This document shows, in pieces, positions 8,446-16,800 of a stretch of 57,729 bases of DNA. The notes under the pieces are model-generated. The model was given only the letters and a program-made list of their open reading frames with translations. It was not told the origin of the DNA and searched no databases. How positions within the stretch are numbered: the first letter of the stretch is position 1; the number at the start of each line of letters is the position of its first letter. The position numbers and the translations under genes are program-made. Origin of the DNA: a virus (Duplodnaviria; Caudoviricetes). The stretch lies in IMG/VR virus record IMGVR_UViG_3300042465_001383, positions 1 to 57,729 of that record; one strand, 5' to 3'.

Positions 8446-9399
8446 TTACATGCCAGCGAAGTTGCGGGGCATAGCGTTGTTGAAGCCGACCACGATCTCG
8501 TTGTAGCCGGAAGTTGCATCGTTGCCGTTGATGCCCGAAAGCGGCGCGGCTTGACCTGGCAGGTAGTTTGCCAGAGCGATGATGCGGAACGGGAGTGCCG
8601 CGTTTGCGCCCGTCACACCAGCCGAAGACAGGGTGTACTGGTCGGCAAACATGGTCGAAAGGCCATTGGCGGTTTTGCCGTTGGTTTCGCCCGTTGCGGT
8701 GCTGTCCTGCCAGTTGAAGCCGATGTTCTCGCCGACTTGAGCTTGACCCACTGCGGTGGCGGTGGTGTTCGAGTTTGCCGTCTGCACGATGAAACGAGCA
8801 TTCGGGTCGGTGATGACGTAGGCTTCGACATCGTTGGTGGTGTCCGAGCCGGGCCAGTAGTTGGACCAGACGGTGCGCTTCTGCGATGTGGACAGGTACT
8901 TGCAGCCAGCAAACACGCCAGCGACAGGAACGTAGACCGTAACCACGGGGGTCGAGGTTGCCGAAGTTGCAGCAGCCACACCAGTGCTTTGGACGACAAC
9001 AGTGGTGGCAGTGGACGAGATGATCGTGAACACACCGTTCGGGACGCCAGTGGCGTTGCTCACAACCACAACGCCGCCAACGGGCGGAGCGTAGTTGGTC
9101 GATGCAAAGGTCGGGATGTTTGCGGTCGAGCTTGAGATCGCGGTGAACGTGATCGTCATTGCACCAGTTGCCACAGTGGCAATACCAGTTGCAGCCACCG
9201 TCAGGGTGACGGGGCCAGTCGCCTGAGCGATGTAGCCAGTGCCAACGCCAGTGGCGTTATAGGCTTGCATGACGGGGTCATTCAGGAAGATGGGGGTCGT
9301 ATTGCCAGAAGCAATGGCCGCCATCGTCTGCTCATAAGTCGGAGCAGAACCAGCACCAGAGTACTGGGCAAAACCGTTTGGCGCAAAGGTATTCGCCAT
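8446..9399 (-). CDS. Minor capsid/cement protein
   Basis: MAN..AP.GF, IF..DPV, GVF.GC.Y, AYV..DP...F.VQ; immediately upstream of MCP; Thr-rich insert. Confidence 0.7.
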   Translation of the reverse strand: MANTFAPNGFAQYSGAGSAPTYEQTMAAIASGNTTPIFLNDPVMQAYNATGVGTGYIAQATGPVTLTVAATGIATVATGAMTITFTAISSSTANIPTFASTNYAPPVGGVVVVSNATGVPNGVFTIISSTATTVVVQSTGVAAATSATSTPVVTVYVPVAGVFAGCKYLSTSQKRTVWSNYWPGSDTTNDVEAYVITDPNARFIVQTANSNTTATAVGQAQVGENIGFNWQDSTATGETNGKTANGLSTMFADQYTLSSAGVTGANAALPFRIIALANYLPGQAAPLSGINGNDATSGYNEIVVGFNNAMPRNFAGM

Positions 9400-9500
9400 G
9401 TCGGATATCTCCTTTTCAGGAGTTCCATCATCGCGCGCCGGGGCGAGGGTAGAACGGGGGGGATTGTGTAATCTCCCACACCGAGGGGAGATAAGCTCAC

Positions 9501-9528
9501 AATATACAGGAATTTGTCTGGCTGTCTA
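9501..9528 (-). promoter_or_regulatory. Sigma70-like promoter for capsid operon
   Basis: TAGACA-N16-TATATT with TG just upstream of the -10. Confidence 0.5.
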
Positions 9529-9531
9529 GTG

Positions 9532-9785
9532 GCCAAGGCGACCGTCAAGGAAACGGCCCCTTGGCTTGCGGTGTTAGCTTCTGGCTCTAGGTAGAAACAG
9601 GCACTTGCCGCATTACCGCCAGCTACCCGCTGGTCAGGGATTTGAAGAGAGGGTTTTCTTCACCCAGAGCGCATGGACCGTGGTGTCCTGCCTTTTCTAC
9701 CCCCCCACTGGGCTTGATCTTGTGCAGGCCTCTCCCTGCGGTCACCGTTCCGACCTTACGGTCTGGCTGTGGGAGCGACCCACAG
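9532..9785 (-). ncRNA. Candidate structured non-coding RNA downstream of tRNA
   Basis: At least six stems including long-range GGUAGAAA-AGGCA/UGCCU-G-UUUCUACC and a GUAA tetraloop hairpin; no credible ORF. Confidence 0.55.
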
Positions 9786-9790
9786 TTCTC

Positions 9791-9865
9791 TGGTTGCGGA
9801 GGGAAGAGTTGAACTTCCGGCCTTTCGGGTATGAGCCGAACGCGCTACCACTGCGCCACTCCGAC
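9791..9865 (-). tRNA. tRNA with CAT anticodon (Met or Ile2), CCA encoded, imperfect acceptor stem
   Basis: GTCGGAG TG GCGC AGTGGTA GCGC G TTCGG CTCATAC CCGAA AGGCC GGAAG TTCAACT CTTCC CTCCGCA A CCA. Confidence 0.9.
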
Positions 9866-9939
9866 AAAATGGTTGACCGTCTTTCCGGCCTGTCAGCCCC
9901 GCTACGCAGAGCGTGTCCCAACCACGAGACTGCGACAAA

Positions 9940-9968
9940 GTGTTACTGGATGTCGCCGGATTTGTCAA
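9940..9968 (-). promoter_or_regulatory. Promoter for tRNA/ncRNA unit
   Basis: TTGACA-N17-TAACAC, about 75 nt upstream of the tRNA. Confidence 0.55.
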
Positions 9969-10098
9969 CGGCTGGCATGAACACTGACACATGCGGCTCC
10001 AGTTTGTCCCAAGCTTCTTGGATGGCGGGCGTCCCCTCTGATCTGATGACCTTACGGAGACGCTCTATGTATTTGTAGATGGTGATGGGCTTAATCAT
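9943..10098 (-). CDS. Hypothetical protein, 51 aa (MIKPITIYKY...), not in ORF track
   Basis: ATGA overlap with the upstream stop; open to TAA at 9943. Confidence 0.55.
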   Translation of the reverse strand: MIKPITIYKYIERLRKVIRSEGTPAIQEAWDKLEPHVSVFMPAVDKSGDIQ

Positions 10099-10604
10099 TC
10101 GGGGATCGGGATCGCCTCGTACTTCTTGTTGATCTTGACCAGAGGGTCGCCCTTGTTCGTACGATCAAACTCGCCGCCCTTAGCATTGGTCAACTGGGCT
10201 TCCTTGTCGCGCATCTGCATACGCGCCTTGCGAAGTTCAGCGTTCTTGGCCTCTTGGGTGATTTCCAGCGGGCGCTCCATCAGCACCATGCCCTTGCGGG
10301 TGATCTCAGCGCCCTTGTACCCCATTGGCATCAGTTCGGGGTGGCGTGACGCCGGAACGCTTTCCCAGCCCTTGCGGGCCAGCGCCACTTGGTGGGCGGG
10401 GTCTTCAGCGCCAAGGATGGTGCGGACCTTCCATTCGTAGGACCAGCCGTCTGGGATGATGCCCAGTTCGATGTAATATTCGTCGGTGCCATCGTCGTTT
10501 AGGTCGGCAGCATGGCCGCGCAGTTCTGCGGCACGGCGGGCAGCGCGGTCGCGGGGATTTTCATCTGCGGTAGCGTTGGGGCGCATTTCGGGGCGGAGTG
10601 TCAT
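10095..10604 (-). CDS. Conserved head-module protein
   Basis: P.GW.Y.W.......G.ED.......GWE.VP...HPE....G.VLMERP pattern; lies between scaffold and capsid genes. Confidence 0.75.
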   Translation of the reverse strand: MTLRPEMRPNATADENPRDRAARRAAELRGHAADLNDDGTDEYYIELGIIPDGWSYEWKVRTILGAEDPAHQVALARKGWESVPASRHPELMPMGYKGAEITRKGMVLMERPLEITQEAKNAELRKARMQMRDKEAQLTNAKGGEFDRTNKGDPLVKINKKYEAIPIPE

Positions 10605-11446
10605 TGAATTTTCCCTTCCTTCTTGAGGGCCACTTTGTTCTTGGCATAATCCTCTGGTTTCATTCCCATCATCTCGGCCATCTCACGCTCTGCGGCAGAA
10701 AGACGCACCACGTTAGAGCTTGCAGATTGGCCTCCGCGATTTGCAGGTGCAGCGGCGGGGGCAGCATCACGGCGGCGAACGGCCTTTGCAGCGTACTGGT
10801 CATCAGTGTCGTTCTGCGCGGGTTTAGGCGTCACCTTTAGGGTTTCTTCGATGGCATCAAAGTATTCGTCGGTGTCTGTGGGGATGCCATCGGCCACGGC
10901 AAGGTTGTGGGCGGCGATCATCTTGGCGTTCAGGCGCTGGTCACGCACAAATTCGGGGTGCTTGCGGACCCAATCGGCGCTGCGGGGGGACAAACGGCTG
11001 GCAAAGTCTTCCACGGGGTCCAGCGGTGCCATTTGTGGCTCAGGTTGGCGCGGTGCGTTCTCCATTGCCTCCTTGCCGTTGTTCAACTGGAGCAGTTTGG
11101 CCTCGTTGGCCGACATTTCCCGTTGAATTTTGGTCGCGCGGTCAAAATCACCACTTTGCAGGGCGTAAGTGTGCGCCTGACTAAGCAATTCGATGTCCCG
11201 ATTGACCGTGTCGATGGCATTTACCACCAGTTGCAGGTTTGTGTCGTCCACTTCGCTCTTGGCGCGGTGGGTTTCACGGTTTGCCTGATGCACTTGCTGT
11301 TCCGCCCTGATGCGGGCGGCCTTTTCTTCGGACAGTTGGCGCTTTAGCTCCGTGATATACGCAGGTTCTTCTTCCTGCGGGGCCTCAACGGCCTCTGGCT
11401 CCTCTTCTGGGGCTAGTTCCAGCGTGATGTCATCATCTTCTGTCAT
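10601..11446 (-). CDS. Capsid scaffolding protein
   Basis: Acidic N-terminus, coiled coil, C-terminal VRLS.AE.E.A...GM..E.YAK; start re-called to 11446 (GGAG SD). Confidence 0.75.
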   Translation of the reverse strand: MTEDDDITLELAPEEEPEAVEAPQEEEPAYITELKRQLSEEKAARIRAEQQVHQANRETHRAKSEVDDTNLQLVVNAIDTVNRDIELLSQAHTYALQSGDFDRATKIQREMSANEAKLLQLNNGKEAMENAPRQPEPQMAPLDPVEDFASRLSPRSADWVRKHPEFVRDQRLNAKMIAAHNLAVADGIPTDTDEYFDAIEETLKVTPKPAQNDTDDQYAAKAVRRRDAAPAAAPANRGGQSASSNVVRLSAAEREMAEMMGMKPEDYAKNKVALKKEGKIQ

Positions 11447-11457
11447 GGTTTTGCTCC

Positions 11458-11847
11458 TCAATACACAGAATCGGGGTTTTCGACCCGACCTTTGATGTTC
11501 ACGTCATCAAAAATCCGGCAAAGGACGTTGTTTACGGTGATGGACCAGCCCTCAGACGGGCGGAAAATCAGCCAATCATGCTCGTGGAACTCCATTCCGT
11601 TGAACCAATTGCCGTCCTGTTCGAACGCCAAGGGGCCACGCTTGACCAACAAACCAACCTTGGACTGGTATTTGTCCTCATCAACGTGGCTGTCCGTAAG
11701 GATTAGGCCACTTTTAGTTTTGGTGGGGCGCAAATAAGTGGCTAAAAGCACTTGATTGTGGAACAATTCTACATTAGAAATGTCACCAAGTGCATCTAGG
11801 ATGGTTAGCTTTGGGTCTGTTTCGTGCAACATGGGCATATGCGGCAT
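11458..11847 (-). CDS. GroES-like co-chaperonin
   Basis: KTKSGLIL mobile-loop motif, VGL.VK.GP.A, ITVN...CRI.DD; start re-called to 11847. Confidence 0.8.
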   Translation of the reverse strand: MPHMPMLHETDPKLTILDALGDISNVELFHNQVLLATYLRPTKTKSGLILTDSHVDEDKYQSKVGLLVKRGPLAFEQDGNWFNGMEFHEHDWLIFRPSEGWSITVNNVLCRIFDDVNIKGRVENPDSVY

Positions 11848-11857
11848 GGTTAATCCT

Positions 11858-12064
11858 TCAGAGGGTTTTGTTGACGATTGTCTGGGCGTCATCGCAAAGT
11901 TCGATGACCAAGTCCAACGCGGCGATCTTACCGACCGCCTCGCGGTATGCTTCCATTGACGTGATTGAATGCCCCCCAACAAGGTTGGTGGCAAGATGAT
12001 GTCGCTCTTCGCTTATCAGCCTTCGAAGCTCACGTTCGAAAACGCTGCTTGCGGTCTGGATCAT
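11858..12064 (-). CDS. Small conserved helical protein
   Basis: L..G.......Y...VG.I..L pattern typical of the gene preceding phage GroES. Confidence 0.65.
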   Translation of the reverse strand: MIQTASSVFERELRRLISEERHHLATNLVGGHSITSMEAYREAVGKIAALDLVIELCDDAQTIVNKTL

Positions 12065-12147
12065 TCTAATCACTCATCATTGGTGTGACCCCCGACAACA
12101 TCTGGAGAAATGCCGGAGGCCACGATTAGGCGCAGGGAGGGCGCGCC

Positions 12148-13848
12148 TTATGCGTTCTTACCATACTCGTCAACTTTTTCAAGGCGACCTTTGCCACCGC
12201 CTGCCCCGTACTTCATTTTGGGGTAAACCTTACCGCCATCCTTGCGTCCCATCATTGGCATCGGAGCGCCAGGAGGGGGCGGCGTGGGGCCAACACCAGA
12301 CGCACCAGCCATAGCAGCGCCTAGACCTGGCGGCAGCGACATGCGGGGGGGCGAGGGCGGGGGCATCATCGGGGGCGGACCACCAACGGGCGGCATCGGG
12401 GGCATCGGCGGTTGAATACCCATAGGCTTGTTGGCGCTGTGGGGCATTACGTTGATGCTGATGTTCGTGGTCCCCTTGGCACGGCCACCAGTGGCACGGG
12501 CCATGCGGCTACCGTCTTCCTTCTTCGCGGTCTTGGCCGATTCCTTGAAGTCTTGAGCATCAGGCGCGCCTTTGGAGCCAACCTTACGCATCTTTTCCCC
12601 AGAACCGTTCTCAATGCGCTCACGCTTGGCATTGATGTTGGCATAAAGGCCGCCACCATCCTTGTAGCCAGCCGAACCGCCGCAGGCTTTGCAGGCGCAG
12701 TCTTTTTCGTGCATCGCCTTGCCGCCAGACTTATAGCCAGACGCCATCGGGTTCATGGCGGGCATCATGGGGGAAGAAGGCATACCCATGCCCATACCCA
12801 TGCTACCGCCGCCCATCTTGCCAGTGCGACCGCCGTCTTTCATGGTGGACTTGCCAGTTGCCGTGTCAATGATCTGGTGGGCGTAGCTGCCGTAGTTCAT
12901 ATCGTTGCGCTCACGCGATTTGCGCGCACCGTTAAGGGTGTTTGCTTTTCCGACAACCTTGCCAGTTTTTTGGTGAACAATTTGGTATGGGCCTTTTTTT
13001 GGCTCGTCATCACCATTCATACCGCCGCCATCAGCTTTTGCGGTGCGACCGCCAGACTTCATCTTGCCGATACCGTCAGCAGCAAAGTCTGGAACCTTCT
13101 TGCCGTCTTTTTCGACCATCTTCAATTTTCCGCCAGCAGCTTTTGCGGATTGCATGTCATGCTTCTTGTCGGCGCTGGAAGCTTCCCACTCTTTCATGGA
13201 CATGCCGCGCTTGGCTGCCATCTTCTTGTCTTCCATCATGTCCTTGGCAGAACCTTCAAAATTCTCAGCCTTGCCGCCATGCTTGCGGCGGGTCTTGTCT
13301 CCCATGTCGCGCAGGGCTTGACGGCCCTCGTTGGCCTTGTCGGCGCGGGTTTGTGCGTCCAGTGCGGCTTGTCCACGGTCCATCTCAGCCTTGCTGGGGC
13401 GGCCCGACATGTCAGGCATAGGCTCAGACGCTTCGCCAGTTTTGCTGGGGCCAACGGCGTCCAGCTTGGCTGCGCTGTATTTTTTGTAGTTCGGGTCGTT
13501 AGACAGCAAACCGCCGCCAAGTTTGGCAACGCGGCCACCCTTCTTCAGGCCACCAACGTGCTTGACGCCTTCGCGCTCTTCGTTGGCGTCTTTCTGATTG
13601 GTGTTGGCCAGACCGACCTTCTGTTCAAACCCACGCGGGGAGCGTGACAGGTTGGTCTTGGCTTCAGCGCCATCAACCTTACCACCAGCCTTGAACGCGC
13701 GGCGCGAGATCGGGCGCATACCCGTCTTGGCGTCCGCGTTCAGCTTTTCATCTGGGGTCCAAGTGGAGCTATCCACCTTCCCGCCAGAGCTTTCGATCAT
13801 GCTCTGGGCCTTCTTGTTTTTTGCTGCGCGCAGCGCCTTGAAATCCAT
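12148..13848 (-). CDS. Lys/Gly/Met-rich virion-internal polyprotein-like protein with xxxGG repeats
   Basis: 12 copies of [FYMLRK]-[KA]-x-G-G; Pro-rich C-terminal region; head-module location. Confidence 0.75.
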   Translation of the reverse strand: MDFKALRAAKNKKAQSMIESSGGKVDSSTWTPDEKLNADAKTGMRPISRRAFKAGGKVDGAEAKTNLSRSPRGFEQKVGLANTNQKDANEEREGVKHVGGLKKGGRVAKLGGGLLSNDPNYKKYSAAKLDAVGPSKTGEASEPMPDMSGRPSKAEMDRGQAALDAQTRADKANEGRQALRDMGDKTRRKHGGKAENFEGSAKDMMEDKKMAAKRGMSMKEWEASSADKKHDMQSAKAAGGKLKMVEKDGKKVPDFAADGIGKMKSGGRTAKADGGGMNGDDEPKKGPYQIVHQKTGKVVGKANTLNGARKSRERNDMNYGSYAHQIIDTATGKSTMKDGGRTGKMGGGSMGMGMGMPSSPMMPAMNPMASGYKSGGKAMHEKDCACKACGGSAGYKDGGGLYANINAKRERIENGSGEKMRKVGSKGAPDAQDFKESAKTAKKEDGSRMARATGGRAKGTTNISINVMPHSANKPMGIQPPMPPMPPVGGPPPMMPPPSPPRMSLPPGLGAAMAGASGVGPTPPPPGAPMPMMGRKDGGKVYPKMKYGAGGGKGRLEKVDEYGKNA

Positions 13849-13865
13849 GGTGCGATCCTCTGAGG

Positions 13866-16800
13866 TTATCCGGCGTCCCGGTCGTGACCGAGAGCATACA
13901 ACGAAGTGAGGGATAATGCACGTTCGATGTTTTTGGCTATGCCGCCACGGCTCAAGGTTTCTGCCACTGCACCAATTTTGCCTTTTTCGTCTTCCTTGTG
14001 GTCAACAATTCTTGGCGTTTGCTTGGTGGAAAACTCAGAGTTCATGTTTGGCAAATGGGATAGGAAGCGGTTGAGATGTTCAGGGCTGTCAGATGAAGCG
14101 TACCCTTTGAAATTTCCGCTATCCCAAATCTGGGCAACATGTTTGAAGTGCTTCTTGAGAACCCTCTCCATTTCTCCAGGTGGGACTTGGAGGTCATGCA
14201 TACCAACAACGGCGGCTTCTTTGGCTTTTTGCTCGGCTGCAAACTCGTCTTGCTTACCATGCAAGATCGCTGCTGCCTTCTTTGCAATGTCTTCTTTTGT
14301 AAAGAAACGTTCTTTGTAAGCGTCCTTTTTGGCTTCGTTTGCTGCAAATTCGTCTTGCGGCAAGCCTTCACCTGGGACAAACTTTTCTTCGTTGATCAAG
14401 ATACCATGCGGGTGGAGGAGTTCTTTTGCCCTTGCAACCTGTGCGTGGCGGTTGTTGTTCATAAACTGGAAAACCATTGCTTCGTGAGCAACGTCAAACT
14501 TACGATCAGGCGTGTAATACTTGATTGGCATATCTGCGTATGGATTGGGGCGAGGAACCCCGTTTTTGTCATGCAAAATTGGGTCTTCAGTCCACGCTGT
14601 CTGCCCTTCGTCCTCTTTGTTGCCGTAAGCACCAAGGGCATATTCAGCCCCTGGCACTTTGGAGATAGAATGGAAAGATTGATGCATTGATGGATTGGGA
14701 TCAAGTGCAACAGTACGCATACGACCACCAGTCAAAGCACTGATTGACTTATTCAAAGCACCTTCTGATGCCCCAATGTCAATCATATCTCCACCATCGG
14801 GGAAGGTATTGGCGATTGCATGTCCAACGCCTTGCTGAACCTCACGAAACCCAGGGATTGACATGCCAATATGGTCGTCAAACTTGCCAAGATGCTTGTG
14901 ATATTCTTGTGAAAATGGCGAAATTCCAGAAATGTCAAAGGCAGGCTTGTAACCTTCCTTTGACGCTGGCGCGCCAGTCAGACCTGACGTTATGTTGGAG
15001 AAGAAACCTGTAAAATTTCGGCCATTTCCTAGAAGACCGGATGATCCTTCGCCAGAAATTCCTTCCATTCCTTCAGGCTCACTTGGCGCGGCGGGTGTTG
15101 TGTCTCCCCCTTTTGAAAACGCTTGACGTGGTCCCGATACATTGTTTCCAAGTAAGCTAGATGCTCCTTGTCCGACATTTGGCTGAACGGCTTGCGGCGT
15201 TCGGATGCTTTGTTCGAGTTGTGGGTCTGTTTTGAGGCCGTGCTTTTGTGCGAACTCGCGGTCAACCGCTTCGAGCCGTGGGGCGAGAACGCTTGAAACG
15301 AATTCGTGAACATCGGGTCGTCCTGCGGCACTAAGCCTGCGTCTATAATCTTCGCCATTTTTGTTTACCTTCCAGTCGTTTTCAACAAGATTACCATCGG
15401 ACGCGAAGGCGCGTTTTGTTGCAGTGTGTGTGCTTGGAACAGCAGTAGACATTACGCTATCGGTGGCTTTATGAAAACCCCTTTGGTCGTTTTGATGCTG
15501 ATCAGAAAAGTTTAAAATTCTAACCGTTCTGTTGTTAACGGGAATAAGAGATGCACCAGGCGATGTTTTATCCAAAGACTGACCAATGTTTCTGATGTGA
15601 TCATCGGTTAAGTCCTTGTCAAATTGATATTCAATCCCGTTTGCTTTGGTAATTTGAGGATTGTAAAACGGACGGTGATAGCCAACTCCATCTTGCTTGT
15701 GAAGCAAGCCTTTGGCTGTAGCGTAAATGTCCAAAAGATGTTTGGACGGCTCGTCAATATCTGGTTGCTGCAACGCCGCCTTGATGCGAGTAGATGCCAT
15801 CTGGGTATGAGTAGCGGGGTTGGTTTTGCCCTGCCAGTAGCCAGGAGCGTCCTTAGACCCTGGGGACATGATGCCAAGGTATTTTGCCAAAAGATCGTTT
15901 CCGTCTTTGTCCTGCAAAGCCTTGGACGCCATTCCGTGATATTCGGCTTTAGCTTCTGGCGACAAATTTTCAATGCCATTTAGGTGAGCAACATCCTTAC
16001 TTGGGGCAGATTCCCAAGTGATGTGTGCTAAATTCTGGTCCATGAAATCAGAAAAGTCTTTTGCGCTTTCCAGAATATGCTTTCTAGATACCTTCTTGCC
16101 AAGCGCCATATCGCGATGCAGTTCTGCAATCTGGTCTTCCGCGCCCTCATTTGGCGTAAAGCGCGGCTTGCCTTTTGGCCCTATCTGCATTGTGGCCATG
16201 CCCTTGCTGATGGCGGCCTTCTTGGCATCGTCCGCAACACCTTCCATGCGCGTTTTAATGGCCGTCCAAATAGCAGCCTGCACTTGGTGCGGTCGCCATC
16301 CCAATTGATCGGAAAGACGTTTTGTTATTTTTTCCATAAAGTCGTATTTGCCAGACGACCCAATGGCAACATCTGGGAAGCCGAACGCATGTGCCATCCA
16401 AAGGTCTTGCGTTGACCCCTGAAGGCGAGATGGGTCAATGTGAACCATCAGGTTGTTGTAGAAATTGTTGGTTTTGCGGCCTTCAAAAGGAATGCCTTCA
16501 TTCATCAACAAATGGGCTTTGAGGTCGCGATCCGCCGTTGCAATGTTTTCGTAAGATTTAGGCTTGTGGCGGGCAATCAAAAACCTTTTCCCGCTGTCAT
16601 CCAAAGGCACCTTGGTAATGCCAGCGTTTTCGCCACCCAGAGATTTAACATAGTCACTTGACTCTTTGATGTTTTTGAATGTCCGATCACGATCTACGAT
16701 GTCCCCATCCCAAAGCTTGCTGCCAGCTTTGGCGCGGTTGTATGCTTTAATCGCATTGCCAGTGTTAACAGGCACGGTTGTTTGGGGGCTGTAGATGGCA

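Noticed and set aside
9630-9700. Possible second tRNA (TTCAAATCCC...ACCA)
   Set aside because: No pairing T-stem, D-arm or anticodon arm
9720-9790. Theta/HDV-like ribozyme at the tRNA 3' end
   Set aside because: I could not build the nested double pseudoknot starting at the first trailer nucleotide
9605-10078. 157-aa plus-strand ORF and 78-aa minus-strand ORF over the tRNA region
   Set aside because: They overlap a clear tRNA and structured RNA, with no SD or protein motifs
12412-13647. Long antisense ORFs (also 8194-9135, 20622-21473, 24354-25271, 41167-42588, 52545-53474, 55601-56725)
   Set aside because: They are shadows of well-supported genes on the opposite strand in GC-rich DNA and carry no motifs
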